DNA of 64,000 nucleotides from Dehalococcoidia bacterium (GCA_965247605.1 CBDFHM010000011.1:86932-150931), one strand, 5' to 3'. Counted from the first letter of the stretch, positions 45,248 to 55,096 are shown. The notes: a model not told the origin generated them from the sequence alone. Numbers and translations are program-made.

Positions 45248-45892
45248 TTACAGGTAAGTCTCGCGCTGGTCCCGTTTTCTGATGACGCGAGCCGGAATTC
45301 CATACGCAACAATCCCGTCTGGCAGATCCCGGGTCACCAAGGACCCAGCACCTACGACCGCATGCATGCCAATGCTGATGCCATGCAACACGGTCGCCCC
45401 AATGCCAACGGCCGTATAGTCGCCAATGTGGGCCGTTCCACCCGTCACGGCCCGCGGAGCAAAGGAGGCATAGTTACCTACCACATTGTCGTGTTCGACT
45501 ATCGCCCCTGTGTTGAGGATGCAATGCGCTCCTACCCTGGCGCCAGTATTGACGATGGCTCCCGCTAGCACTACCGTCCCCTCTGCCACCGACGCTCCCG
45601 CCGAAACCGTGGCGCCCGGATGAATGACTACGGCGAAGACCCCGTGGGGCAAAGTGGACCGGATGCGCTGGACTACCTGCGCCCGCCGCCAGTTGTCGCC
45701 AATTGCGACAATGAGATGGGTCTCACGACAGAGGTCCGGTAGGTCCCTATCAGTACCCAGCACAGGGTAGCCATGTACCGACCCCTCGGGGCTCCCGTCC
45801 GGTAATACGAAGCCGGGTGTGTAGCCGGCCAGCGTGGCCGCTTCAGCGACGACTCGCCCGTGGCCACCGGTTCCTGTGATCGCAAGTTTCAT
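45248..45892 (-). CDS. NeuD/PglD-like sugar acetyltransferase (Rossmann N-domain plus left-handed beta-helix)
   Basis: MKLAITGTGGHGRVVAEAA, then hexapeptide repeats (IHPGATVS.GASVAEGTVVLAGAIVNTGARVGAHCILNTGAIVEHD...IGIGATV). Confidence 0.8.
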   Translation of the reverse strand: MKLAITGTGGHGRVVAEAATLAGYTPGFVLPDGSPEGSVHGYPVLGTDRDLPDLCRETHLIVAIGDNWRRAQVVQRIRSTLPHGVFAVVIHPGATVSAGASVAEGTVVLAGAIVNTGARVGAHCILNTGAIVEHDNVVGNYASFAPRAVTGGTAHIGDYTAVGIGATVLHGISIGMHAVVGAGSLVTRDLPDGIVAYGIPARVIRKRDQRETYL

Positions 45893-46243
45893 ATCGGCCC
45901 CCATACGCCGAAGATCGAGTCTACGAGAGGTTGCGAACAGAACAACAACGTGGCCCGCATCAGTTGGGCAGGATTGAGGCCAATATTTAATGGGAGTCTC
46001 GCCGTCTCCGCATGGTCTTTCGATGTTCCGCCTGGAAACCCACTAGGCTCCGCTAGTTGCTCCGTTGATTGGTTTAGATGTTTGTTGAATGTTGGACCAC
46101 TCGGCTGGCCTGCGAGAGCCTAGGGCCTAGAAGGGCCGTTGGGCGTTATAGAAGCGGTCTGAAACCACGGCCCAGTAATGTTTAAGACATGGTACCAAAT
46201 TGCGGACTGCAATTCAGGCAGCCTATGCTCCTAGAAAAAAGAG

Positions 46244-47560
46244 CTACTCTATTACGAGTAGCTCTGCTGCGGAGATGGATGGGCGCCTAGGATACGATCC
46301 TTTATTCACCACTAATTCCGAGGTGAACCGCCGGGTCGTGACCCACTTGGGTAGCCATCCACCAGAAAGGCGGTAGGCGGGCAGGGCTGAGGCGTTCGCA
46401 TAGGCCGAAGTCGTGGCGGTGGGTAACGAAGTAACGCCCTTGACGCTGGCGCCGATGAGCAGCCACCAAAAGCCGCCAAGGTGGCCCATCCAAGTGTAAT
46501 AGTCCAACAGCGAGAGCAAAACAAGCGTTAGAAGTAGCCAGCGATGAACGTTATTGACGCCTTTGGGTTGGGACTCTTTGCTGGCGTGTCGGCGGGCAGC
46601 ACCCTGTTGTTTGGTTGGTCGAAGTGCCCAAAGCGTAATCCCGACCCACAGCCCGGCGGCGGCGATACCGGACTCGAAAAGGATCCTTAGTGGTACGTTG
46701 TGCAACCCAGGGTGCTCCGCTATCCCGCTGGGCAGGAACGTGGGGATGTGGGGGACAGCTAACCGCACGCCAACGTCTATCTTGGCGGCGTAGACCGCCT
46801 GCATGAATGAGTCCGTGCCCGCCACTGCGTAACCGGCGGGTGTGAACTGCCCCAGGGCCACCACCGCTCCGGCCACTGCCGCCCCAGCAACCGCCAAAGG
46901 CCGCCAATCGGCCGCTCGCAAAACCACCATCAAAACCAGCACGCCGGCTATGACCAACAGCCCCCAACGGCTGCCGGTGAACAACAGAGCAATGAGAAAT
47001 GGCACGGAGACCCATTTTAATGGTCCTGTTCTGTTTGAGATGGTGTAGACGACGGCAAGAGCCAGAAATCCAGCGGCCAAATTGGGGTTGTTGGCAAGCC
47101 CCGTGGGCGCTCCGTTGTTTATCAACGCCCCGTCACCTGACATCCCCCATTGCGTGAACCCCTGCCAGATTATCAACCCCGCATGGGCCAGCCACGCCAG
47201 CATTAGCCAAGCGAAGACCTGCTGTTGGTTGTTGATGAAGTACAGAATGAAGGATGGCACCATCCACAATAAGACGCCCAACGTCAGCTCCCAATTACCG
47301 GCACCCCAAATGATGCTCCCGGGGATGGCCAGCGCGTGTAATGCCAATAGAAGGGCGAGGCCATACAGGATCGGGCGTGGCCCATAGGACCGGCGGGAAA
47401 CCACCAGGGCCAGCGCCAAAGCCGTCCATCCGACGCCGATCCAGGGGCTGTAGAAGGACCGCACCAACAGGCTCGAGACGAGGAATAATGCGGTGGCTGG
47501 AGGGGCCAGGTCCTGAAGATCTAAATGCCAGCGGTCCAGCGCGGCTTTGAGCGCGATCAT
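46244..47560 (-). CDS. O-antigen ligase/polymerase-like (Wzy_C) membrane protein
   Basis: About 10 TM. LLFTGSRWGLLVIAGVLVL, and the periplasmic-loop motif AEHPGLHNVPLRILFESGIAAAGLW (cf. HN..L..l.E.G..G). Confidence 0.65.
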   Translation of the reverse strand: MIALKAALDRWHLDLQDLAPPATALFLVSSLLVRSFYSPWIGVGWTALALALVVSRRSYGPRPILYGLALLLALHALAIPGSIIWGAGNWELTLGVLLWMVPSFILYFINNQQQVFAWLMLAWLAHAGLIIWQGFTQWGMSGDGALINNGAPTGLANNPNLAAGFLALAVVYTISNRTGPLKWVSVPFLIALLFTGSRWGLLVIAGVLVLMVVLRAADWRPLAVAGAAVAGAVVALGQFTPAGYAVAGTDSFMQAVYAAKIDVGVRLAVPHIPTFLPSGIAEHPGLHNVPLRILFESGIAAAGLWVGITLWALRPTKQQGAARRHASKESQPKGVNNVHRWLLLTLVLLSLLDYYTWMGHLGGFWWLLIGASVKGVTSLPTATTSAYANASALPAYRLSGGWLPKWVTTRRFTSELVVNKGSYPRRPSISAAELLVIE

Positions 47561-47577
47561 CTGGGCTTAAATCGGCT

Positions 47578-48021
47578 TCACAAGAAAGTGCGGGCAATCA
47601 GGGATACCGCGCCGCCTGATGCCAGGAATGGGCCATAGGGGAGCGTGGCTGGCCGTATGCGGCTTGGGTAAATGAGTAAGATGATGGCCCCGACGCCTCC
47701 CGCTAGGCCGGCTATGCCGAAGGCCATCATCGCATAAGGGAAGCCCAGCATCAGCCCTACCATGCCGGCGAGCTTCACGTCGCCGCCGCCCATCCCAGCT
47801 GGGTACACCATGGCGATCAACAGGAAGACCCCACACGCGGACAGCCCCGCGAGTGATGCGTTTATCAGCGATGGGCCGAACGCGGGCCATAAACCCGCCA
47901 GCGCCAGCAGCGCCAGGATCCCTGGGTAGACGATCACGTTGGGGATAAGGCCAGTTTTGATGTCGGCGATCGCGATGATTGCCAGCAAGACCAGCAAGGC
48001 GCAGGTGATAGCGATGGTCAC
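47578..48021 (-). CDS. Small A24-family prepilin/preflagellin-type aspartyl peptidase (CpaA/FlaK-like)
   Basis: Start chosen at GTG 48021, which overlaps the upstream stop (GTGA). Has [11 protein letters not shown] and [19 protein letters not shown] (the two catalytic Asp motifs). Confidence 0.7.
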   Translation of the reverse strand: MTIAITCALLVLLAIIAIADIKTGLIPNVIVYPGILALLALAGLWPAFGPSLINASLAGLSACGVFLLIAMVYPAGMGGGDVKLAGMVGLMLGFPYAMMAFGIAGLAGGVGAIILLIYPSRIRPATLPYGPFLASGGAVSLIARTFL

Positions 48022-48797
48022 CTTGCGTCCAACTCCACGAAAGTCACCTTGGGGTCGAGTTCGCCGTCGCCGTGGATTACCGCCCTGACCAGAAAGTTTG
48101 TGGAAGCCGCGAACCGCGGGATCGCGTACCAAAGGCTGGCCTGAGGGGTGTAGGGTTCCACCGCTTCTCCGAATGGAGGCATCAACGCCAGCCATTTATT
48201 CGCAGACGGTTCGTAATACTCCACGGACAGCTTGACGGTGGCGCTGTTCAGGTTGTGGGCCCACTGGGCGCGGAACGACTGTTTTTCGAACCATTCCACG
48301 TTGCGGCGGGAGATTCGGTTCGGAAACTCCAGATTGGTGGCGTTCTCCACCAACACGCCCGAACTCTCAAAGAAGAGGATATGGTTCACGTTGGGCTTCT
48401 GGAGTGAGGCCGGCGCGGCGATCAGGAAGCCTACGTCTCCTGTCGGCCCCTGCGGGCCGGGCGGGCCAGCTGGCCCTGCGGGACCAGTCACGCCGGTGGA
48501 ATCACCCGCTGGCCCTGTGGGGCCGGGAAGCCCGGTCTCGCCGGCGGGTCCGGCGGGGCCCATGGCGCCAGTGTCCCCCGGGGGGCCTGGAGGTCCTGAG
48601 GTGACGGTGGCCTCTCCTGGAGGCCCAAGCCGTCCGATTTCTCCCTGTAACCCCTGCGGCCCGATGGCGCCCTGAGGGCCGGTGCAATAGCCGCCGATGG
48701 CGAACAGCACCAGGAAGCCGAGGAACACGGCGATGATGCCTTGAAGACCCCAACTTACGTTTCGTGCGATGTTATTGGGCTTTGGTTGTTCCATCAA
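48018..48797 (-). CDS. Collagen-like (G-X-Y repeat) protein with a pilin-like or TM N-terminus
   Basis: [36 protein letters not shown], then about 30 GXY triplets ([17 protein letters not shown]...[17 protein letters not shown]), then a ~130-aa globular C-terminal domain. Confidence 0.85.
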   Translation of the reverse strand: MMEQPKPNNIARNVSWGLQGIIAVFLGFLVLFAIGGYCTGPQGAIGPQGLQGEIGRLGPPGEATVTSGPPGPPGDTGAMGPAGPAGETGLPGPTGPAGDSTGVTGPAGPAGPPGPQGPTGDVGFLIAAPASLQKPNVNHILFFESSGVLVENATNLEFPNRISRRNVEWFEKQSFRAQWAHNLNSATVKLSVEYYEPSANKWLALMPPFGEAVEPYTPQASLWYAIPRFAASTNFLVRAVIHGDGELDPKVTFVELDAR

Positions 48798-50289
48798 CTA
48801 TTCTCCACAGATGGGTAGTCCCGCGTTCGTACATCAGGGACAGCCACGGCACCTCTGGAAGGTCAGCCCACGGCTCAGCGACGTTGGGCGCCAACCAGAC
48901 GCCTGGAGCCCGCGCATTGTAATAAGGGAACCGGCTCTCGATCAGCACATACCCCGCGTTCAGACGTTGGACGCTGGCCGCCACATCACATCCCGACCGC
49001 CAGCCCAACACGCACCTCACCTCCCGGTCGGTCTCCGTCCAGGTCGGAGGAGGCTCCCAGGTCCAGGTGTGCGGCGCCGGCGTCTTGTGGAGGGCGGCGA
49101 TCCATAGAGCCAGGGTGAAGGAATTGCTGACCACCGCCCGGCCGTCATCGGGGATCAGGGCAATGGCGGTCTCCGTGTCCCGGCTGACCATCCGTGAATA
49201 CTCCGCCTGCCGGTTAAATTGACTCACGTACCCCACAGCTAACACGGCCGCCACGGCCACTGAGAGGCCCACAGCGGGTTTTAGCAGCCTTTCTGGTAGC
49301 GACGGCAGCCACTTGACGAAAACACACCACGTTATTCCGATGTAGAACGGTAGAGCCAGTAAATACCGGCTCCGGTAGAAAACATTGATGATCGTTTCGT
49401 CGGTTGACAGGAATATCAGCAGTGTCCCCAGCAAACAGGTCAACACGCCGAGGGACCGGAGCCAGGGTTCGCCGCCCTTGCGGATGAGGTAAAGGCCCAG
49501 GGGCCAGGCCAGGAGGAATTGGAACCATGATGAGTCGCCCCAGTGGGTGAGGTAGATGAAGGGGCCGGGGTAGTCAAGGACCCCGGAGACCGGGAGTACC
49601 TTGAGATACCAAGGGAGGGCGCCCAAGGCGATGGCACCGCCTATAAATAACGGGGGGGCCATCCGTAACAAGGTGGAAGTGCTGGTGCCGGCTGCCGGTC
49701 CGGCATCTTTATAACTCCGGTGGAACCACATCAAAGCGGACAGATAGACCGGGATTGTGACGATTGCCAGGCCGGCGGTGGTCTGGTTCACCCAAGGGAT
49801 AAGGCCGAGGCACGCGGCTAATACCCCGGCCTTCGGAAGTGACCATTGCCCGGCCAGCTCTGCCATTGCCCACCAGACCATTCCCAGGAGCGCGAAGCCT
49901 ATCAGCGGCAGTGCGCCGGTGACGATCATTTCGGCGTGTAGCAGATCCAAGAGTAGGAGGCCCGCCGCGAACATAGGGGCGAAGGCAGCCCAGGATAGGA
50001 GTGGTCCTGGGGCGCCCCCGATGCGGCGGGCCATCAGATACACGGGGACAGCGGGCAAGATGCTGGCAACCGCGGACCAGACTTTATACCCGACGTCGAT
50101 TCCGAGAAGGCTGGTGAACGGGACTAAGAGCCATCCTGGGGCCAGTGGCGGTCTTGGGAACCCCGCGCCGGTGGGCTCATAACCAAGGACGGCATTGACG
50201 TTTAGCAGGTACGCCCCACCGTCCACGCCCAGCAGGCCACCGTGATTCAGGGTGAGGACCAGGTGGAAGGCTAGAAGTCCAAGTATCAA
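48772..50289 (-). CDS. Large polytopic membrane protein, tentatively a GT-C-type glycosyltransferase (ArnT/PMT-like architecture)
   Basis: About 11-12 TM helices followed by a ~140-aa soluble C-terminal domain. The assignment rests on architecture and context only. Confidence 0.45.
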   Translation of the reverse strand: MILGLLAFHLVLTLNHGGLLGVDGGAYLLNVNAVLGYEPTGAGFPRPPLAPGWLLVPFTSLLGIDVGYKVWSAVASILPAVPVYLMARRIGGAPGPLLSWAAFAPMFAAGLLLLDLLHAEMIVTGALPLIGFALLGMVWWAMAELAGQWSLPKAGVLAACLGLIPWVNQTTAGLAIVTIPVYLSALMWFHRSYKDAGPAAGTSTSTLLRMAPPLFIGGAIALGALPWYLKVLPVSGVLDYPGPFIYLTHWGDSSWFQFLLAWPLGLYLIRKGGEPWLRSLGVLTCLLGTLLIFLSTDETIINVFYRSRYLLALPFYIGITWCVFVKWLPSLPERLLKPAVGLSVAVAAVLAVGYVSQFNRQAEYSRMVSRDTETAIALIPDDGRAVVSNSFTLALWIAALHKTPAPHTWTWEPPPTWTETDREVRCVLGWRSGCDVAASVQRLNAGYVLIESRFPYYNARAPGVWLAPNVAEPWADLPEVPWLSLMYERGTTHLWRIVDGTTKAQ

Positions 50290-50307
50290 GGCGAGAAAGC
50301 GGATGGG

Positions 50308-50652
50308 CTAACTCCCCAGCCGCGACGCCAGAATGGTGGCCGCTCCAGCCAGCGGCAGTACCACCGCAGTTTCGGCCAGTGTGTCGACGTCAGACCTACG
50401 CCTTGTTGCTGCCGGGCGTTTCTTGCCAATCACCTTGGCGGGGAACCCGTGGAAGGGGCCCCGCCCTGCTTTTATATTGGAGACCGCTTGGGCCGCTTCT
50501 ACCATCGACTTGACGCCAACCTTGACGGTGCGGCCCCGAGTGTCTTTCCCGGTGATGGTGAAACCTTTCTCGGATGGCCTAACTTGTAAGCGAGCGGTGA
50601 CTTGATCTCGTTTGCTTGGCTTGACCCGCTTGCGGCCTATCGTGCGCGCCAT
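50308..50652 (-). CDS. Hypothetical basic protein with a hydrophobic C-terminus
   Basis: K/R-rich (MARTIGRKRVKPSKRD..., KKRPAATRRR). C-terminus is AVVLPLAGAATILASRLG. Confidence 0.45.
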   Translation of the reverse strand: MARTIGRKRVKPSKRDQVTARLQVRPSEKGFTITGKDTRGRTVKVGVKSMVEAAQAVSNIKAGRGPFHGFPAKVIGKKRPAATRRRSDVDTLAETAVVLPLAGAATILASRLGS

Positions 50653-50728
50653 GGGCCCACTCCCTCTATGGATATAAATAAGGCGGGGATCTCTCCCCGC
50701 CTTTGTTGCTGGCTGTTAGTTGGCGGGT

Positions 50729-50842
50729 CTAGCGTTTCGCTCGGGCCACCATGCGCTTGGCGGTCGCCCTTGCCCTTTTTACGGTCCGCTTCCCTGCCGC
50801 CCTGGCCTTTTTAACCCGGGCGATTTTGGTCTTGGCCTTCAT
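50729..50842 (-). CDS. Unlisted 37-aa, extremely basic small ORF
   Basis: GGAGGAATGCCAG-ATG. Translates as MKAKTKIARVKKARAAGKRTVKRARATAKRMVARAKR. Below the ORF-track size cutoff. Confidence 0.4.
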   Translation of the reverse strand: MKAKTKIARVKKARAAGKRTVKRARATAKRMVARAKR

Positions 50843-50909
50843 CTGGCATTCCTCCTTCTAATTTGTCGCGGGTGATTTGATTTACCTGCTTGGAACGTTG
50901 AAGAAGGAG

Positions 50910-51287
50910 CTACCTAACCGCCGGCCCGCGGCCAGTGAAGCCGAGAGCGCCCAGACCCATCATGCCGACAGCTATCATGACGACAACCGCATAGTAGATC
51001 AGCGGTACGAGGTCGTTAAGTGCTTGGGCACCTGCGAAGGATCCGATATTGGCGTTCGAGCCGGAAGACGCCGCTTGCGCCAAAATGGTATCTGCCAGAA
51101 CTACGCCGACCACGATGGTAATGACGCCCATAACGATCAGCATGATACGGGAGTCGATGGCGCCGCGTTGATTGGCTAGAACACTCCGGGGGTCGCCAAC
51201 GACCGTCCCGAAATAGGCCAACAGGACAGCCATTTGGGTCGGTGCGGCGGCGCTCAGAGAGCTTAGCGTTGTTTGTACGGCTTTCAC
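50910..51287 (-). CDS. Hypothetical membrane protein (125 aa, 2-3 TM)
   Basis: RIMLIVMGVITIVVGVVLADTIL and LIYYAVVVMIAVGMMGLGALGF. Confidence 0.5.
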   Translation of the reverse strand: MKAVQTTLSSLSAAAPTQMAVLLAYFGTVVGDPRSVLANQRGAIDSRIMLIVMGVITIVVGVVLADTILAQAASSGSNANIGSFAGAQALNDLVPLIYYAVVVMIAVGMMGLGALGFTGRGPAVR

Positions 51288-51330
51288 ACGAAAACCTCCT
51301 TGAAAATAAGAATAGCTCCCGTGTGGGAGC

Positions 51331-51585
51331 CTACCGGTTAAGGATCCAATTCAGCACACCCGCCACCGCCCCCAAACACACAACCCCCGTTGTCAGCATC
51401 ATCATGAAGGTGGTGGTGCCGAGGATGGTGTTGACCGCTCCGCTGGTCAGAGGTTTGCTCTGGTCTTGGAGCGTGCTTACCTCGCCGACAGCCAGCAAGG
51501 CGACGGGGATAGCCACCAGTAAGGCGAGTGCTGCAACCGGACCCATAACGAAACAATGTTGCGCATGCAATAATTGGGGTGTCAA
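51331..51585 (-). CDS. Hypothetical small membrane protein (alternative start at 51546 gives 71 aa with a signal-like N-terminus)
   Basis: MGPVAALALLVAIPVALLAVGE, then a polar stretch, then TTFMMMLTTGVVCLGAVAGVLNWIL. Confidence 0.45.
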   Translation of the reverse strand: MTPQLLHAQHCFVMGPVAALALLVAIPVALLAVGEVSTLQDQSKPLTSGAVNTILGTTTFMMMLTTGVVCLGAVAGVLNWILNR

Positions 51586-51756
51586 TTGTTGTTTTGTACA
51601 AGATGACTATCGCAATTACCGCCTCAATCTTGTAAGGTTAACGGCACCATGTTGCCGACGAACAACGGCTTAACCGTAGACGTGCCTCTGAGGATTTACG
51701 CGCCCGCCTGGCAGAGTAATGGCGCATCGAGCCGATACCCCACCCACGCGGCATCG

Positions 51757-52095
51757 ATGAACAGCCTTCATTTTCTGATGGACAGTCTTCACATCTCGTC
51801 GAAGTATCAGCTGGGGATGCTTCTTGGACTGGGCGCCGCCAACGTCCGTAATGTCTATGGCTACTTCACCGGGCAAAGGCAGCCCGCCGCCATATTTCTC
51901 AACCGTGGCTTCCACCTCCTCGACCTCTACCACCAAGGGGTGCCACTCAACCGCGCCAGCTATATCGACTGGCCTCATGGGTTTATTGCTTGGAAAAACG
52001 GCAAGGTGTCTTACGCAGATCCTAAAACCGGCGAATGGGGAGGCATACCAACTCCAGAGACCGCCCAGACTCCCAAGAAGGTCGCCTATGTTTAA
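51757..52095 (+). CDS. XRE-like HTH protein (start uncertain; the ORF opens at 51649)
   Basis: ISSKYQLGMLLGLGAANVRNVYGYFTGQRQPA fits the Cro/C1 HTH pattern. It is the first gene of the plus-strand operon. Confidence 0.5.
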   Translation: MNSLHFLMDSLHISSKYQLGMLLGLGAANVRNVYGYFTGQRQPAAIFLNRGFHLLDLYHQGVPLNRASYIDWPHGFIAWKNGKVSYADPKTGEWGGIPTPETAQTPKKVAYV

Positions 52096-52606
52096 CCGGC
52101 TGTCCTGCTTGTATATATCCGTTGGGAATGTTTATAGACGGCGGAAACTGACCCAGGAATCGGCCAGCCCAGTCACGTTACTCAACAACAGGGACAAGCA
52201 GCTCCATCTTCTATATGGGGACCCCATCTTCCCCAAGACGGTCCCGGCCCCGGTGGCCACCGTCCAAGACCTGCTGACGGTGGAACCTCCGCCGATGATG
52301 TCAGTTCAAGAAGACCGGATGCTGATCTGCGAAGACAACAATCCCTTTGCCCTACACCGGCTGCCGGAAGCCATCCCAGCCGAGGAACAGTTGAACGTGC
52401 TGCAGGACTCCTTCCAGGAGTGGTACCAAGCGGCCGAGGACCGGGCTTGGAAGGACGCTGGGGGCACAGCCATGTTTAACAACAAGGCCACCGGTGTCTT
52501 GGCGGTGATACTGGGGGTAGGCATCTTGGCCATGGTGATCAAGATTGTCCTCGATCGGGATCCCGAGCCGGTCGCCTACCTGTTGCAAGGGATATTCGGA
52601 GCGTAA
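52088..52606 (+). CDS. Hypothetical tail-anchored membrane protein (172 aa)
   Basis: The ATG overlaps the upstream stop (ATGTTTAA). C-terminal TM is ATGVLAVILGVGILAMVIKIVL. Confidence 0.55.
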   Translation: MFNRLSCLYISVGNVYRRRKLTQESASPVTLLNNRDKQLHLLYGDPIFPKTVPAPVATVQDLLTVEPPPMMSVQEDRMLICEDNNPFALHRLPEAIPAEEQLNVLQDSFQEWYQAAEDRAWKDAGGTAMFNNKATGVLAVILGVGILAMVIKIVLDRDPEPVAYLLQGIFGA

Positions 52607-53353
52607 ATGGCAAAAGCAACCCCGGCCCTCCAAGGGCACACCGACCCGGTGACCGCCGCAGTGGGTGTGCTCACCTCGGCTTGGGCGGCCGCGAAAGAGA
52701 CCGAGAGCGTCTACGTGTACGACCCGGACAACTATCAGGTGATCCGGTGCCAGATGGACTTCGATGACATCCGAGGCGTGTTCCCGGCGTCCTGCCGGTG
52801 GATGCCCGATTACGGCTTGTTGCGGCGTGTGGGCGCCGCTGTGGGCGCGGCGATCGGTGTATTGCTGGTGGTATTCGGGGTCCTGCTGGCGGTGAAGGGT
52901 TCGGGGCAGGCCGGGACCTGGATGGGGATTATTGGCGTGCTGCTGGCGGGGCCGCTGGCGATGGTGGGCTGGATGATGGCGCCGAGTTTCCCGTGGCACG
53001 ATTACCGGCCGTTCTCAATACTGCGTAGGGTGACGGTGCAGGAGGGCGACGAAAAGCCCAAGCGGGCGCTGCCTGTGTCCCATACCAACGACGACGGCAG
53101 CACACGGTATCTGGTGCCTTACATGCACACCAACCTCAACCTGCCTAGCCTAGTAGAAGTCGACGACGCCCGTGACCACCACCCGTTCGTGGTCCGGGCC
53201 GAAACCCTTTTCAACGATGCAAAGATGGAAGACATTCAGGAGTTCATCACGCCGGTGGCGGGCATCAAGGACTTCATCAAGGCGTATGGCTTGCTGGGGC
53301 TGATTGCGATGGAGAGCATCGTGTTGTTTCTGATGTACGCGATGACGTTATGA
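52607..53353 (+). CDS. Hypothetical membrane protein (248 aa, 3 TM)
   Basis: Abuts the previous stop. TM segments VGAAVGAAIGVLLVVFGVLLAV, MGIIGVLLAGPLAMVGWMM and GLLGLIAMESIVLFLMYAM. Confidence 0.6.
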   Translation: MAKATPALQGHTDPVTAAVGVLTSAWAAAKETESVYVYDPDNYQVIRCQMDFDDIRGVFPASCRWMPDYGLLRRVGAAVGAAIGVLLVVFGVLLAVKGSGQAGTWMGIIGVLLAGPLAMVGWMMAPSFPWHDYRPFSILRRVTVQEGDEKPKRALPVSHTNDDGSTRYLVPYMHTNLNLPSLVEVDDARDHHPFVVRAETLFNDAKMEDIQEFITPVAGIKDFIKAYGLLGLIAMESIVLFLMYAMTL

Positions 53354-53805
53354 CACAAGCAACAGACGAACTACAACAGCCTGACGATCAATCGTCCAAC
53401 GGCAACGCTCCGAAGCCCCGGGTTGGGGTCCAGGACGGCCTGGGGATTACGGGTGAGGGCGGCGGCTACTTCGAACTGCCGAAGATCCTACTAGAGGCGC
53501 CGGCCGACTTCTCGGAGCTGCTGGCTCGAAGTCGCCTGTCCTCGCGTCAAATCACCATTGCCACTCGTTTGCTGGCCAAGGCCGGGCGCTACGAGCGAGG
53601 TAGCGTGAAGGTCGAAGAGATCATCTTCAACACGGCCCGGATGCTGATAGGGAAAGACGGCGAGGCGCGGTCCGAGGCCATTCAGGCGTCCACCGGGAGC
53701 CAGACCTGGCAGTCGCGGCTCAAAAACGGGTGGCTGGGCAACTTGTTCGGCCGCGGGCAGGAGGGCCGCCCCAACAACGTGGCTCAACGTGAAGTGAACC
53801 AGTAA
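53350..53805 (+). CDS. Hypothetical soluble protein (151 aa)
   Basis: ATGA overlap with the upstream gene. No TM and no recognised motif. Confidence 0.55.
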   Translation: MTQATDELQQPDDQSSNGNAPKPRVGVQDGLGITGEGGGYFELPKILLEAPADFSELLARSRLSSRQITIATRLLAKAGRYERGSVKVEEIIFNTARMLIGKDGEARSEAIQASTGSQTWQSRLKNGWLGNLFGRGQEGRPNNVAQREVNQ

Positions 53806-54848
53806 TGCAACTTCAGACCGCGCCTCGCTTTGATGTCTACCCGAAGGCGCTCACGACGGCACACGAGTTTAGCGTGTACCCGTCGGCGACCCACGGCGAG
53901 GCGCGCGGTCCACTAATCATTACGCCCGAAGCGGCTATCGCCTATCACCGCTTCGACCCCGTCACCCTCATGTTGAGCGGCCGGCGCGGCCGCGGCAAAA
54001 CCGCCGCCTTGACCTACTTAGGGAGGTTCTTCGGAGACATATACCGGCGGCAGGGGTCGGACGTGCGGATAGCGTCCAACTACAACACCACAGTGGCGGA
54101 TCCCGACCTGCGCCGCCAAGACATCATGGACGATATCCTGAGCTTTCCGCCTTGGGCCACCAAGATGCTCGTGCTGGTGGACGAGATCGCCGCCTACTAC
54201 CCCAGCCGGAAAGCCATGGCGACCCGGAATGTTGACGCGTCAACCTTTTTGCAGCAGATCCGGAAGCGCGACATCGAGATGATTTTCACCACCCAGTTCC
54301 CGGGGATGTTGGACCAGCAAATGCTTGTCAACATCGACCTCTATGTGGTGGTGAATATGTGGCCGCGAGAGGGCTGGAACGCTGGGAAATACTGCGACCT
54401 TAAGATATGGGACTGGCACGGGCAATGGGCGGGCGAGCCGGTCCAGCCGCGGATACCGCCTCAGGGCCCGCCCACATGGTTCCGGCGGATGCACAACGTC
54501 AACCGGATCTTCGGGATGTACAACACCAAAGAGGTTATCGGCCGCGCTTGGGCCGATTTCGAGGAACGGGCCACGATCGACGCCCAGCATTGGGGTGGCG
54601 AAGCGGCGGCGGCGGAACTCGCGGTAATGGAAGCCCAAGCGGCGTCCCTGGCAGCAAGTCCGGAGCCCACGACGCTCTCCGAATATGTGACCGGACTGGG
54701 CCCCAGCTTCAATGTCGCCCATGAATACACCGGAGCACGGGCGTTCAGCGACGAGATCGAGAACGTCAAGGACTGGGAGCGGTTCTTGGAACTGATGGGC
54801 TTCGAGATTCTGCAGGAGCGCCGGAGCCGCATGGCGGTGCGGAGGTGA
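53805..54848 (+). CDS. Zot / inovirus pI-like P-loop ATPase (no TM segment)
   Basis: LMLSGRRGRGKTAALTYL (Walker A), VRIASNYN, MLVLVDEIAAYYPSRK (Walker B), and LQQIRKRDIEMIFTTQFPGMLDQQMLVNIDLYVVV (cf. the Zot block HRH.G.DI.LITQ....D..I). TAATG overlap with the upstream gene. Confidence 0.7.
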   Translation: MQLQTAPRFDVYPKALTTAHEFSVYPSATHGEARGPLIITPEAAIAYHRFDPVTLMLSGRRGRGKTAALTYLGRFFGDIYRRQGSDVRIASNYNTTVADPDLRRQDIMDDILSFPPWATKMLVLVDEIAAYYPSRKAMATRNVDASTFLQQIRKRDIEMIFTTQFPGMLDQQMLVNIDLYVVVNMWPREGWNAGKYCDLKIWDWHGQWAGEPVQPRIPPQGPPTWFRRMHNVNRIFGMYNTKEVIGRAWADFEERATIDAQHWGGEAAAAELAVMEAQAASLAASPEPTTLSEYVTGLGPSFNVAHEYTGARAFSDEIENVKDWERFLELMGFEILQERRSRMAVRR

Positions 54849-55096
54849 ATATGCCAAGGCCAATGGTAATCACAGGCTATTGCTTGATGTTAACGGCCGC
54901 TGTGGTACCTGTTATCGGGGCAATGATGGCATGCGCCGGCGTTCTCGCAATTATAAGTACGCCGCTGTTGGGGATTGTCGAGCTGCTGATTGGCGTCCCA
55001 ATGCTCGTAGCAACCTTTCCGATAGCGATGCTAGGTATGGAGATGGCCTGGCGGCCCGATAGAGTTACAGCACACGCGCAGAGGCAACAAAGTTGA
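54845..55096 (+). CDS. Small hydrophobic protein (83 aa, about 3 TM)
   Basis: GTGA overlap with the ATPase stop (alternative ATG at 54851). The sequence is nearly all hydrophobic. Confidence 0.55.
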   Translation: MNMPRPMVITGYCLMLTAAVVPVIGAMMACAGVLAIISTPLLGIVELLIGVPMLVATFPIAMLGMEMAWRPDRVTAHAQRQQS

